Below are positions 31,928-42,234 of a DNA stretch of 64,000 bases, piece by piece. Position 1 is the first letter of the stretch. The number at the start of each line of letters is the position of its first letter. This stretch comes from Candidatus Woesearchaeota archaeon. Its GTDB lineage: Archaea; Nanobdellota; Nanobdellia; SCGC-AAA011-G17; JACPIM01. The position numbers were made by a program, and so were the translations under genes. The notes beneath the pieces were generated by a model, which was not told the origin of the DNA, did no database searches, and was given only the letters and a program-made list of their open reading frames with translations. The stretch is from assembly GCA_016188045.1 (NCBI GenBank), contig JACPIM010000006.1:26137-90136 (forward strand), given 5' to 3'.

Positions 31928-32182
31928 TTATTTGCAGTTTGCTAATTTATATCTAAGATTATCTAAAATTTGCGAAGAATAAGAGGACAAACATCGTAAA
32001 TTCATCGTTGCCAGGTGTCTTATCAAACCAACATCGGTATCGTCATAATGAGGTATTCTTTCATAGCCCAAACCACTGGTAACTCGATGTTCAATGATAT
32101 TTTGAAGATTTTCTAATCCAGCATCTACTTGGGTTTCAATATCCATTTTCCTACTAAATCTCCTTAAATATAAATACTCCAA
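31928..32182 (-). CDS. hypothetical protein (start probably at internal MDIET)
   Basis: ORF track; AGGA upstream of the internal ATG. Confidence 0.5.
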   Translation of the reverse strand: MEYLYLRRFSRKMDIETQVDAGLENLQNIIEHRVTSGLGYERIPHYDDTDVGLIRHLATMNLRCLSSYSSQILDNLRYKLANCK

Positions 32183-32471
32183 CTAAAAAACTTATTGAAA
32201 ACAAAGTTAATAAAAATACATTGCTCATTAAATCAAAAAATCCTAAAAATTCATTTAATAATCCAAAATAACCGCTAAACTCTATTATTAAATATTTTAT
32301 AAACTTAATGAAAAAAGTTAAAACTAATAAAAAAACCCCAAATATCAAAACATTATAACCGTTTAAAACTCTGTTAGACTCATATTCTTTTCTTTTAATT
32401 AATATAATCAAGTTATACACTAAAAGTATAAATCCTAATAAACTTAAAATCAAAAAAGCAGTATTACTCAT
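32154..32471 (-). CDS. membrane protein
   Basis: three hydrophobic segments; coupled to the upstream gene. Confidence 0.7.
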   Translation of the reverse strand: MSNTAFLILSLLGFILLVYNLIILIKRKEYESNRVLNGYNVLIFGVFLLVLTFFIKFIKYLIIEFSGYFGLLNEFLGFFDLMSNVFLLTLFSISFLVGVFIFKEI

Positions 32472-33579
32472 CTTTCCTCCTCATAAAGTCAGCGATATCA
32501 TCTTCAAGTTGTTTTCTTCTCATTTTTAATTCTTTTTCTCTTTCTTTTAATTTTTCTCTATATTCTTTTAACTTCGTCTCTTCCAGTAATAGTCCTTCTC
32601 TTTTTCTTTCATAAGATTCTTTGCTTTTCTCAGCTTCTTCCATCATCTTATCTACTTTATTTCTTTCAATGGCCATCTCATCTTTATTATCCTCGATTTG
32701 ATCCTCTCTAGTTATTAATTTTTCTTCTTTCTCAGTTAAACCTTTCTCTTTTATTTTTATTTTATCTTCTTTTTTCTTTATTTTTTCATAGTCTCTATTA
32801 ATCTCGTTTTTTTTATTATCTAAATTTTTAAGTTCTTTAGACATATTATCAATCTTCTTCCTTTCATCAATAATATCTTTCTTCTCTTTTCTTATTTTTT
32901 TCAGTATTTTCTTATTCTTCTCTCTTAATTTGTTAATTCTTATTCTCTCAACCTCAATTTCTTCTTTAGAATCTTCAATAACTTCTTTCTCTTTCTCTAT
33001 TCTTTTTTTCTCTTCGTTAATTTCTTTTTTTGTTTTTTTGGCTTCTTTCACATCCAGTTCTAATTTTTCTTCTTTTTTCTTTAATTCTTCAATTCTTTTA
33101 TTTTGTTCTTCTTCTTTTCTAGCTACCTCTCCTTCTCTTTTGTTTAGTTGTTTAGTAATATTTTTCTCATACTCTACCAATTCTCTTTCTTTCTTATCCA
33201 ATTTCTTTAATTCGGGATCAACAATTTTTCTGGCAAATTCTAGAGCAATTGGATGTTTTGGTTTTTCTTTTAATTCAATTAATTCAGCATATCTTTTATG
33301 ATCTCTCAATTTGAAATCCATTATTGAAATTAAGAATAAAATTACAGAAATCACTAAAACACCGATTAATTCAATATATGTTCTTATGTTTTCACTTAAA
33401 TTAGGCAGTCCAATGACTATATAAGGAAATCCTAAAAACAAGATTAAGCTTATTATTATTGGTTTTCTGAATAACTCATTAATGCCTTCTTTTTTTAATT
33501 TTTCCCAGTAAAAAGCAACAATAATAAATATAACGCTTACTAGATATTTTTGCAAACTTAAAAATAATTCAACTGCCAT
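32464..33579 (-). CDS. membrane-anchored coiled-coil protein
   Basis: three N-terminal TMs and a long E/K-rich coil. Confidence 0.8.
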   Translation of the reverse strand: MAVELFLSLQKYLVSVIFIIVAFYWEKLKKEGINELFRKPIIISLILFLGFPYIVIGLPNLSENIRTYIELIGVLVISVILFLISIMDFKLRDHKRYAELIELKEKPKHPIALEFARKIVDPELKKLDKKERELVEYEKNITKQLNKREGEVARKEEEQNKRIEELKKKEEKLELDVKEAKKTKKEINEEKKRIEKEKEVIEDSKEEIEVERIRINKLREKNKKILKKIRKEKKDIIDERKKIDNMSKELKNLDNKKNEINRDYEKIKKKEDKIKIKEKGLTEKEEKLITREDQIEDNKDEMAIERNKVDKMMEEAEKSKESYERKREGLLLEETKLKEYREKLKEREKELKMRRKQLEDDIADFMRRKDE

Positions 33580-33712
33580 ATTTAATCCTTAAGTATATTT
33601 TTGCTATTATAAAGTAGTATATAAATCTTATTATTTACTTTATAAAAGTTATTATTCATTTTAAAGCAAAAAGCTTAAATATATAATAATATTATAGTAT
33701 TACCAGAGCAAT

Positions 33713-33979
33713 ATGGCAAAATCAAATACTCTAAGTTTCACAGTACCAGATGAATTAAAGCTTAAATTAGATGTAATCACTAAAATAGGTTATTATGATT
33801 CAATGTCAGAATTCTTAAGAGATGCAATTAGAACACTATTATCTCAAAATAAGGATTTAAGGATTTCTATAGCATATCAATTGTTTAAAGATAAAAAAAT
33901 AGGCCTTGGAAAAGCATCTGAAATAATAGGCGAAAACATAAAGGAAACTAAGGAATTATTTGAAAAAAGAGAAATTTAA
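33713..33979 (+). CDS. ribbon-helix-helix / UPF0175-like protein
   Basis: LSFTVP..YDSMSEFLRDAIR; IGLGKASEI. Confidence 0.75.
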   Translation: MAKSNTLSFTVPDELKLKLDVITKIGYYDSMSEFLRDAIRTLLSQNKDLRISIAYQLFKDKKIGLGKASEIIGENIKETKELFEKREI

Positions 33980-34000
33980 CTGTGGTTACATAAAGAACCA

Positions 34001-34042
34001 TATGGTAACCAAAAAGTTTATATAGTAATTTAAGTTACCATA
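34001..34042 (+). promoter_or_regulatory. promoter flanked by a 9-bp inverted repeat
   Basis: TATGGTAAC..TTTATATA..GTTACCATA. Confidence 0.55.
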
Positions 34043-34045
34043 ATT

Positions 34046-34648
34046 ATGGAAAAAATAGAAAAAACCATCAAACCAAAAATAGAAAAATTAGAACTAAATG
34101 AAGCGTATATAAAAGTAATTTATTGGTTTTTTTCCTTTCCAACAAGGTCAATAAGTCTATCAGAACTCGCTAAAGAACTTAAGATATCTAAAAGAAGAGC
34201 AAGTATTATAGTATCCTCTCTGATATCTGAAGGATTCTTAATAAAAGAGGAGATAGGCAGAAGTTGGAGACTCTCTTGTAATCAGCACCACATTTATAAT
34301 TATACAAGGAAAATTAGTTATAATCTTAGCTTAGTTTATAGTTTATTATATGAACTTAAACTGATCGATGAAATTTATAAGATTAGTGGTCAACCAAAAG
34401 CGGTAATTTTATTTGGAAGTTATAGAAAGGGAGATGATATAGATAAAAGCGACTTAGACCTCGCTGTTGAAGTTATCAATGATGAAGAAATAAAGATAAT
34501 TAATCTTGGGAAAATACCAGAATTAGGTTACAGGAAAAATATTCCGGTCAACCTGCATATTTTTTCTAGAAAAAAAATTGATTTAAACCTATTCAATAAT
34601 GTGGCTAATGGTATTGTGTTAGAGGGATTTTTAGAGGTAAAAAAATGA
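34046..34648 (+). CDS. wHTH-nucleotidyltransferase (MNT)
   Basis: HTH plus LFGSYRKG..SDLDL. Confidence 0.88.
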   Translation: MEKIEKTIKPKIEKLELNEAYIKVIYWFFSFPTRSISLSELAKELKISKRRASIIVSSLISEGFLIKEEIGRSWRLSCNQHHIYNYTRKISYNLSLVYSLLYELKLIDEIYKISGQPKAVILFGSYRKGDDIDKSDLDLAVEVINDEEIKIINLGKIPELGYRKNIPVNLHIFSRKKIDLNLFNNVANGIVLEGFLEVKK

Positions 34649-35043
34649 GATACAAGAGACCAGATAAAAAAAATTCTTTAAGTCTTGTAGAGGCTTCAAA
34701 AAAAGAAATAAATTTTGCACTTTCTTTAGAGGTCAATGAACAATCAGGTCCAACAATTATAAGAAATATTTATGAAAGTTTTAGGATGTTAGGGGATGCA
34801 CTACTTATAAATCAAGGCATTGAATCAAAGGACCATGTAGAATGTATAAACGCCCTTTTAAAATTGAAAGTTAATACAACAAGGCCAATAAATCTTATTA
34901 ATAATCTAAGGATACTTAGGCATAATATAAATTATTATGGTTATAGGCCGAGATTGGAAGAAGTTCAAGAAGCTATTTCTATTGCTAAAACCTGTTTTAT
35001 CCAAATTTTTAATGAAGTATGTAAAATAATAAAAACCAAATAG
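34645..35043 (+). CDS. HEPN-like protein
   Basis: YESFR..LRILRHNINYYG; follows the MNT gene. Confidence 0.75.
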   Translation: MRYKRPDKKNSLSLVEASKKEINFALSLEVNEQSGPTIIRNIYESFRMLGDALLINQGIESKDHVECINALLKLKVNTTRPINLINNLRILRHNINYYGYRPRLEEVQEAISIAKTCFIQIFNEVCKIIKTK

Positions 35044-35086
35044 GCGAAAATATAAAAGAAACTAAGGAACTATTTAAAAAAAGAGA
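35039..35086 (+). repeat. diverged copy of the 3' end of gene 33713..33979
   Basis: 44/48 nt identical to 33925-33972. Confidence 0.9.
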
Positions 35087-35091
35087 CATAG

Positions 35092-35372
35092 TTAGCGTTT
35101 TTCTTCTATAAGATTAGCAAGATATCCTTGCCTTGATTTATACTCTTTATTTCTATTTATAAATAAATACATAAAGATAATAACAATTGCAATACAGAGA
35201 AGTTTAATAATTATATCGTAATCACTTCCTTTATCTATTTTAAAAAACCATATATCGTTTGTAAAGCAAAGCCACCAACAACACCAGCCAATGCCCCAAA
35301 TACAAAAAATAAGCTTTCAGTTCTTTTACTTTCAACATTATTCCATTCATCAACTAACTCATTACAATCCAT
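35092..35372 (-). pseudogene. frameshifted small membrane protein gene
   Basis: MDCNELVDEW..GF continues in the -1 frame as KIDKGSDY..EEKR*; break at T-TTT-TTA (35241-35247). Confidence 0.55.
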
Positions 35373-35403
35373 ATCTATATACTTTTTTGCCAACTTAATT
35401 TAA

Positions 35404-36030
35404 TTAGTCTTCTCCGCCAAAGTCTTCTTCTTTATATTTGAATTCTTCATCAGTTTTTATTATTCCTTTATTTTTCAGATACTCTTTGGCTAAAACATAA
35501 AAAAATAAACCTAAACTTTTTTTACCCTTATTATTGCAAGGCACTACCAAATCAATAAAATTGCTTTCATTATTAGTATCACATATTGCAACTACAGGAA
35601 TTCCAATTTTAACAGCATCATTTAAAGCATTTTTATCCAGCCAAGGATCAACTACCACCAATAACTTCGCCTCGGCAAATATCTCTAAAATAGGATTAGT
35701 CAACATTCCAGGAGGATATCTCCCAGCAATACATCTAACACCGGTAGCTTTAGCAAACATATTAAGAGCATCCCAGCTATTTTCTCTCCTTCCAACAATT
35801 AATGTATCCTCAGGATTATATTTAGCTAAAAACTTTGCAGCCAAACCAATTCTGTCATTTATTTTTTGTAAATTTAAAACAGCTAATCCGTCTGGCCTTA
35901 TTTTATATATGAATTGACTCATATATTTGGTTCTAAACTTAGTTCCTATGTGAACTCCAGCTTTCAAATACTGATTTACATCAACGAGTAATTTCTCTTC
36001 TACCATAAAACAATTCACTAGAAAAACCAT
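35404..36030 (-). CDS. rps2: 30S ribosomal protein S2 (start probably MVEEK, about 36006)
   Basis: YLKAGVHIGT..RY.PG.LTNP..PCNNKG. Confidence 0.95.
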   Translation of the reverse strand: MVFLVNCFMVEEKLLVDVNQYLKAGVHIGTKFRTKYMSQFIYKIRPDGLAVLNLQKINDRIGLAAKFLAKYNPEDTLIVGRRENSWDALNMFAKATGVRCIAGRYPPGMLTNPILEIFAEAKLLVVVDPWLDKNALNDAVKIGIPVVAICDTNNESNFIDLVVPCNNKGKKSLGLFFYVLAKEYLKNKGIIKTDEEFKYKEEDFGGED

Positions 36031-36131
36031 TTATAAATCTTGCTATGATTTTTTAATAAGCTATAAGAAAATTATAAAAAGTAGTAATAATATACAAAAA
36101 CTTATAAAGAACAGTACTACTAAACAGAATT

Positions 36132-37244
36132 ATGAGATTTAGATATTTATTATATCCAGAAGCACAAGATAAACTTAATTCTAGTGGATTATTAAAAAAA
36201 ATACAAGATGTTCATGATAGTGAAGAAGGATTGCCTATTATTGGATATACCTCTGATGAGGATATAATCTGGGCAGTAAAAGAAATGCAAGAACAAGGAT
36301 TTTTCAAAACAATGCCCAATACTGAAAGAAAAGATTTCATGACTAAGTTGAATGAAGTATTTAAAGATAAAAAAGGACATACATGGCGCGTCCATAGAAA
36401 TGGCGGGGTGGTAGAAGAGCCTGCAGAAGCAGAGGACTTTTATTTGATGACTGGCTGGTTATCATCATGCGTATTAGACGTAGATGAAATATGGGACTAT
36501 CGTAAGTTTGATTTTCAATCACTTAATGATTTTGTTGGTTGTGTTGGTGCCGCGGTTTGGTTATTTAACCACGGTGATTTTAGAGGAGGATATAAGTGGA
36601 GTACAACAACCACTAATGGAAGAACATTAGAAAATAATATAACTGGAGATAGCAATCTTGATTTAAGAATTCATCAAACTGATATAACTCACGATAGATT
36701 AACATTCGACCCTGTTGGCGCGGTAGTTTCTTACCGCCCAGAATTAGATGATGACCATAGGTGTGTTGCCGCATATCATTCTACCGAGCAAGATTTTATT
36801 GTTGGAGTTTTAAAATGGATACATCAACAAAATATTCCTTCTGAAATGTTAAAAGATAGGGGGTTGCCTCTAATAAAGTATATCAGATCATTAGGACATA
36901 CAATTGGAGCAGCTACAGAATGCTTTGGAGATTTTGGTGGTATGGATAATCCAATGATTAGATTAAATTACTTTTACGACCCAATGCCCGTTTTAGATGA
37001 AAACTATACCACAGAAAAACCGACTTTTGATGGAGTACATGTAGATGGTGAAAGTTTCTATAGTATGTATGTTGGACCTAGTAGGGAATTAATATTATCC
37101 TACCAAGGCAAAGAGAGAGAAGCTCAGAAAAAAATTGATGCTTGTTTTTTACCAAGTGAAGCAGATCATTTATTAAGAGGAATATGCTATCAAGCAGCTA
37201 AAGGGCTAGGTAGAACTATTCCTCAAAAATTAATTTCACTATAG
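36132..37244 (+). CDS. hypothetical protein (possible frameshifted tail to about 37309)
   Basis: 370-aa ORF. Confidence 0.75.
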   Translation: MRFRYLLYPEAQDKLNSSGLLKKIQDVHDSEEGLPIIGYTSDEDIIWAVKEMQEQGFFKTMPNTERKDFMTKLNEVFKDKKGHTWRVHRNGGVVEEPAEAEDFYLMTGWLSSCVLDVDEIWDYRKFDFQSLNDFVGCVGAAVWLFNHGDFRGGYKWSTTTTNGRTLENNITGDSNLDLRIHQTDITHDRLTFDPVGAVVSYRPELDDDHRCVAAYHSTEQDFIVGVLKWIHQQNIPSEMLKDRGLPLIKYIRSLGHTIGAATECFGDFGGMDNPMIRLNYFYDPMPVLDENYTTEKPTFDGVHVDGESFYSMYVGPSRELILSYQGKEREAQKKIDACFLPSEADHLLRGICYQAAKGLGRTIPQKLISL

Positions 37245-37334
37245 AATATAGGTTTTCTAGTCAAATGGATAGAGACTTAGAAGAAATAAGAGGAAAACCA
37301 ACTAAATAATTTAAAAAAATAAAGAAAAAAAGGA

Positions 37335-38006
37335 TTACAAGTCCTTTTTCACGTCCTTTATGATGTTTTCAGCTTCTTTTCTCAAACCTAAACCCAATGC
37401 AATTCCTAAAGCCAAAGCTATGCCTGCAGCCAAAGCAACAATCACATACAAGATTAAGTTTTCAAATAAGCTTACATCCAATCCTATTAAATCTAATGCT
37501 TGAACACCAACGAGTATTATTATAACCCATTTTAATATCCTAGCAGTTAGTTTCATTCCCTTCAGTCTTGTGTGTTCTACTACTTTTATCTCAACATAGT
37601 GCGCAGCAGCCAATCCTAACAACATAATGATTACAGCTACTAAAAGTTTAGGTAACCACACAACAAATTTAGTCAATAGCTCACTTAATGTCCCAAGCTC
37701 TAATGTAGAAACAGCTACTTGAAAAGCAATAATTAATATCCACCACTTCAATAGCTCTCCTAATAAAGCCGGCACATCTGTATGCCCCACTGCTTTAGTC
37801 AATTGTGCTTTTCTTAATAAATTGTCTATCTTTAATCTATCCAATAAGATTCTTAATGCATGGCCTAATATTACAGCAACAAAAGCACCGACTAATATTA
37901 CTAGTACAGCAACTATGATGCTCGGTAAAACAGTAACAAATGCCCCCCACAACTGACTCAATGGATTAGTAACTCCGTACACTGTATCCTGCACAAAATT
38001 CACCAT
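37335..38006 (-). CDS. TM-helix repeat membrane protein (CmpX/MscS N-terminal-like)
   Basis: LPSIIVAVLVIL.G and LPKLLVAVIIML.G repeats. Confidence 0.75.
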   Translation of the reverse strand: MVNFVQDTVYGVTNPLSQLWGAFVTVLPSIIVAVLVILVGAFVAVILGHALRILLDRLKIDNLLRKAQLTKAVGHTDVPALLGELLKWWILIIAFQVAVSTLELGTLSELLTKFVVWLPKLLVAVIIMLLGLAAAHYVEIKVVEHTRLKGMKLTARILKWVIIILVGVQALDLIGLDVSLFENLILYVIVALAAGIALALGIALGLGLRKEAENIIKDVKKDL

Positions 38007-38178
38007 CTAATACACCTCCATTTTTATTATAATTAAGTTAATATTTTAATTATTTGAGAGTTTAAATAGTTTCATTAGCACTTTACAATTGTAACATATA
38101 TTAAAAACCATACATAAACTTATATACTACCGATATTTCTTGAATATTAATAATTTAACCACTATATAAACTTATACC

Positions 38179-38445
38179 ATGTTTCAACAAAAACCAATAC
38201 ATTTCCCAAATTTGAAAACAGTTCTTATGGTAGAGAAGTTTTTACAAGAGCAAAGAAGGCCGGTAAGCAAGAATACTATCTTAGAAAACATTCCAAAAAA
38301 AACAATGAGGCAAACTTTAAACATAATCTTGGAATATTTAGAGTTAAGCAATAAAATATATCTAGGTGATAAAGGGGTAGAATGGGTTTTTGACGAAGAC
38401 AAGAAACTAAAAACCTTACTAAAAAAAGCTACTGATTCTTTTTAA
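38179..38445 (+). CDS. winged-helix protein
   Basis: PNLKTVLMVE..TLNIILEYLE.SNKI. Confidence 0.7.
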   Translation: MFQQKPIHFPNLKTVLMVEKFLQEQRRPVSKNTILENIPKKTMRQTLNIILEYLELSNKIYLGDKGVEWVFDEDKKLKTLLKKATDSF

Positions 38446-39589
38446 TTTCATCTTCAATATATTTTAATCTGTTTATCTTAGTTAATCTTTCTTTTCCAAA
38501 TATCCCTAATTTAATAAAAGAAATATTCCATCCCACAGCCAAATCCGCAATAATAGAATCCTTAGTTTCCCCGCTTCTATGAGATATTACAGGAGTTATA
38601 TTATTAAGTTTAGCCCAGTCAACAACTTGTTTTGTTTTTATCAAAGAACCAATTTGGTTTGGTTTTATTATTACTGAATTAATGTTTTTATCAGCTTTCT
38701 TCAGTCTATCTAAATTAGTGCAAATTAAATCATCACCACATACCATTTCGCATTTTATTTTGGAAAAACCTTCAAAATCTTCTTCATCTAATGGGTCTTC
38801 AACATATTCTAGCCCATATCTTGAAACTAAAGTATTGATGAACTTAATTTGATGCTCTCTTCTTAATCTTCCTTTTTTATAGAAATAAAACCCACCGCTA
38901 TGCAAGCTACTAGCAGCAACATCTAATCCAACTCCAACAAAGATATCAAAATTTTCAAAAAATTCTTCAGTTAAATTCTTTAAAAGATCTAAAACAGTAG
39001 TAACGTCTAAGGTAGTTATCCAAGCTCCCTCATCATTTCTTCCAATTGGTTTTAACTGTTTTTCAACTTGTTTATAGATATAATGGTTTGCAAAAGCATT
39101 ATCTTTAAAACTATCTCCATGAGGAATTAGTAAAAATTCCTGTACCTCTGTACTTTCACCTCTGTAATGTTTGCCTCCGCCAATACAATTTCCTAAGGGT
39201 ATAGGTAAATTATCCGCTTTAGGATCTAAAAATTTCCAAACATCATTATTGCTGGCTGCTCTTAACAAAGCATATTCCAACGCTAATACTACATTACCGC
39301 CAACTTTTTCTAACTTCTCAGTATTATCATACTTAAATATGGTATTCTCAATTTCATTTAGATCATCAAAAATCTCAAATCTAAAACCTTTCAAAGCTTT
39401 ATGCAAAGTTCTATTGACAAAACTTAAGTGAATTCCTTTTTTAGACAAGGGATAAACTTCATGTTTCCCAACAGAAGCACCAATAGGAGCACTTCCAATA
39501 AATCTTTTATTAACAGTAATTTCAATAGTTTTCTCTCCTCTAGAATTTAAAATCACCCTGCCTTTTATTTTTTTTATCTTCATTAACAA
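38429..39589 (-). CDS. eno: enolase
   Basis: NSRG..EDP..GDD..KPNQIG..SHRSGET. Confidence 0.93.
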   Translation of the reverse strand: MLMKIKKIKGRVILNSRGEKTIEITVNKRFIGSAPIGASVGKHEVYPLSKKGIHLSFVNRTLHKALKGFRFEIFDDLNEIENTIFKYDNTEKLEKVGGNVVLALEYALLRAASNNDVWKFLDPKADNLPIPLGNCIGGGKHYRGESTEVQEFLLIPHGDSFKDNAFANHYIYKQVEKQLKPIGRNDEGAWITTLDVTTVLDLLKNLTEEFFENFDIFVGVGLDVAASSLHSGGFYFYKKGRLRREHQIKFINTLVSRYGLEYVEDPLDEEDFEGFSKIKCEMVCGDDLICTNLDRLKKADKNINSVIIKPNQIGSLIKTKQVVDWAKLNNITPVISHRSGETKDSIIADLAVGWNISFIKLGIFGKERLTKINRLKYIEDEIKKNQ

Positions 39590-39711
39590 GAAATAGGAAT
39601 TAGTTAATATATAAATTTATTTTTTTCTTTGAGCGATAAAATCTACGATGCTATTGCATATAATATTCATACTACTTTAGGACTCTGCCCCCTGCTGATT
39701 TTAATCTAGGC

Positions 39712-40452
39712 TTATAATTTTGCTATTTTCCATAATTCCTCAAAGTATCTTCTCTGATTTTTTGCCATTTCTTCGTTGTCTATAAGAACAGCAAATGGCT
39801 CTTTTGTCCATGATTGAAGCGCAATTTTGTTGCCATAAATAATTGTTGCAGTAGGAGAATTGGCTTTTATTGGCATAAATTTATATTGTGCATATTTGAG
39901 AGTTTGTTTATATTCATTTACCCGTTTATGAGCTTCTAGAGAATCATTATATATAATTTTCATGAATATTTTTTGTTTTACTCTTTGAGTATGCCATTTT
40001 TCCATAAAAGCAGGGATAATTGGAAAAGAAGATTTTGAACTCCCATATCCTAAAAATTCATTTATTCCAGCTTTTAAAATATTATCCATGACAGTTTTCA
40101 TACCTTCTATTCCCTCATACACTTCAACTTTCGGCCTTTTTACTCCTTTTAATTTTTGTAACTCTTCAAGATTAGGCAATATCTCTTTTATTGATTCTTC
40201 TTTCTCTTTTAGTATTCTCAGTAATTCTTGTGGTTCTGCAGCTGTAAAGTGTTTTTTGTTAGCTTTTATATTGTAAGAAACAAGACCTAAATTTATTAAT
40301 CTCTCCAGAATATCATAAATTAATGTTCTTGGTAGATTGCTTTTGATAGATATGTCTATTGCTGTAGTCTCTCCTAACCCTAGACAGCTTAAATATACTT
40401 TTCCTTCTTTTTCTGATAATCCAAATTTTTTCAGAGATTGTATGATTTCCAT
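39712..40452 (-). CDS. TrmB family transcriptional regulator
   Basis: GLSEKEGKVYL wHTH; paralog of 4752..5462. Confidence 0.9.
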   Translation of the reverse strand: MEIIQSLKKFGLSEKEGKVYLSCLGLGETTAIDISIKSNLPRTLIYDILERLINLGLVSYNIKANKKHFTAAEPQELLRILKEKEESIKEILPNLEELQKLKGVKRPKVEVYEGIEGMKTVMDNILKAGINEFLGYGSSKSSFPIIPAFMEKWHTQRVKQKIFMKIIYNDSLEAHKRVNEYKQTLKYAQYKFMPIKANSPTATIIYGNKIALQSWTKEPFAVLIDNEEMAKNQRRYFEELWKIAKL

Positions 40453-40490
40453 CTTATAATTTAAAGACTTTAAACTTTTAAATCTTTCTA

Positions 40491-40513
40491 TTGTCGTAAA
40501 TTATTTACAACAA
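40491..40513. promoter_or_regulatory. palindromic operator candidate
   Basis: TTGTCGTAAA-TTA-TTTACAACAA between divergent trmB-like and reductase genes. Confidence 0.5.
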
Positions 40514-40577
40514 ATATTTAAATATAGATATTTTAGCACTACTAAAGAGTTAATAAAATATATCTAATTAATATAAA

Positions 40578-41333
40578 ATGGAAACAAAATTATCCGCTCA
40601 TAAGGCCAAGAAAGTTTTGGACACATATCAACAAGCGTCGTCTAAAACAGAAGTTGATCCTTCCTGGACAAAATATCTTCTTGTAACACATCCTGTAGAA
40701 TTCATTACAACTATTGGAAGAGTTAGTGGTAGAGTTATAGCAAATGTTGCGCCTTTTGCAACTTGTCTTGATACAAGTTATGAGCCACCATATGTTACTT
40801 TTTCAGCAGCATTAAGGCAGCATTCTATTGGAGGGCAGATCCAATCTAAAGGAAAGATGAATACTTATTTAAATATCAGACAAAATGGTTTGTTTATTGT
40901 AAATGTTCCTAGAATCTCTCTCCTTGATGTTATGGATATTATTGCTTACCCTTATTCTAGAAAAGGTTTAGAGGACAAATTAGAGAAAGCGGGCTTAACG
41001 AAACTAAGACCATTTGTTCTTTCAAGAAAGCACGAGATTTATCCACCACTTATTGGAGAATGTTTGGCGCATTTAGAATGTGAAGTAGTTGATATACATC
41101 GACCAGCAGAAAGTGATCATTATAATATTACTGGTAGAGTAGTTGGTGCTTCTTATGATGAAAGTTTAGGAGATGAAATTGATGAAATCAGGGTAAACTT
41201 AGCTAAATTCATATTTCATCATTTTGGGGCAAATTCAGAAAATCCAAAAATTAGAAACATAGGGACTATTTATCCAACAAAAAGGGAAGCAATAACTTTT
41301 AAAATTGAAGAGAAAGTTTCTGTAAGGGGTTAA
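40578..41333 (+). CDS. flavin reductase-like (split-barrel) protein
   Basis: NVAPF..T..NI..G.F.VN..ECEV..DH..GRVV. Confidence 0.85.
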   Translation: METKLSAHKAKKVLDTYQQASSKTEVDPSWTKYLLVTHPVEFITTIGRVSGRVIANVAPFATCLDTSYEPPYVTFSAALRQHSIGGQIQSKGKMNTYLNIRQNGLFIVNVPRISLLDVMDIIAYPYSRKGLEDKLEKAGLTKLRPFVLSRKHEIYPPLIGECLAHLECEVVDIHRPAESDHYNITGRVVGASYDESLGDEIDEIRVNLAKFIFHHFGANSENPKIRNIGTIYPTKREAITFKIEEKVSVRG

Positions 41334-41433
41334 ATGATGCTCGCCTTTTTAATTTAGTTAGGCGTATAATTCTCAATCATAATAAACTTCCAATGGACTA
41401 AAGATTTGTCTGCTCATTCACTATACTTTAAAT

Positions 41434-41925
41434 TTATTTTTTCTTCCATACACCAAGTTCTTTACCTTTCAGGTAATTATCCAGCATATCTATCTCTTCA
41501 TAAATGCCATCAATTAAATCATATTCCTTAGCCTCTTCTAAAGTAACCCATTTGTATTCTGTTAAGTCTTTACAAAGTTTAACATCACCATCATCATGAT
41601 CAGCATAGAAACTAAGAACCAAAGCAGGTATTTTATCTGGCCTGATAAAAGACAAACTTGTTATGTAACCGATATTCTTAATGTTTAATCCAACTTCCTC
41701 CATTACCTCTCTTCTAAGAAGAGTTTCACAAACATTATACCATTGTCCTGCAGAAGTATCTTCTTTTCTTTTTGAATAATCACTTACTTCTAATTTACCG
41801 CCAGGAACAGTCCATTTATTAGGAAATGCTTTTTCATTGGCAGATCTTTTAGCTATCAAATACTTTCCATCTTTAACAATAATGCAAGTGGCAACTACAT
41901 AATGGGCCTTATTAGGATCATACAT
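41434..41925 (-). CDS. NUDIX hydrolase
   Basis: PGGKLE..REVMEEVG. Confidence 0.9.
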   Translation of the reverse strand: MYDPNKAHYVVATCIIVKDGKYLIAKRSANEKAFPNKWTVPGGKLEVSDYSKRKEDTSAGQWYNVCETLLRREVMEEVGLNIKNIGYITSLSFIRPDKIPALVLSFYADHDDGDVKLCKDLTEYKWVTLEEAKEYDLIDGIYEEIDMLDNYLKGKELGVWKKK

Positions 41926-41958
41926 AAAATAAATAAGAAATATTCAAAGTATAAAAAT

Positions 41959-42174
41959 TTAACTAACTCTTTGAGGCAATGGCCTTTTTATTGTTATAGG
42001 CAATATCCCATCATCAAATTCTCTCTTTGAAATCTCAATAGGGCTGTATCTTATCTCTTCTAAGTCTTTTTTACTCATTTTAATAAGCAAAGGAGCCCCC
42101 ATTGCTAATTGCAAAGCTCTAGCGCCTATAATTCTTGCTTTCTCGTATTTTGTGTAAATAATCTTTTTATCCAT
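41959..42174 (-). CDS. rpoK: RNA polymerase subunit K (Rpo6)
   Basis: [21 protein letters not shown]. Confidence 0.96.
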   Translation of the reverse strand: MDKKIIYTKYEKARIIGARALQLAMGAPLLIKMSKKDLEEIRYSPIEISKREFDDGILPITIKRPLPQRVS

Positions 42175-42196
42175 TTTTAATATATTTTCTTTCCAG

Positions 42197-42232
42197 TTTC
42201 CGCGAGCGCTTTCCTAAAGGGCCCTAAGAAAG
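42197..42232 (-). repeat. hairpin element family A
   Basis: CTTTCTTAGGGCCCTTTAGGAAAGCGCTCGCGGAAA directly after the rrp42 stop. Confidence 0.75.
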
Positions 42233-42234
42233 GT

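Noticed and set aside
37241-37309. Possible -1 frame tail of gene 36132..37244
   Set aside because: The open stretch is short and there is no homolog evidence; noted only.
39613-41446. Possible direct repeat around the TrmB-reductase pair
   Set aside because: Only low-complexity A/T sequence is shared.
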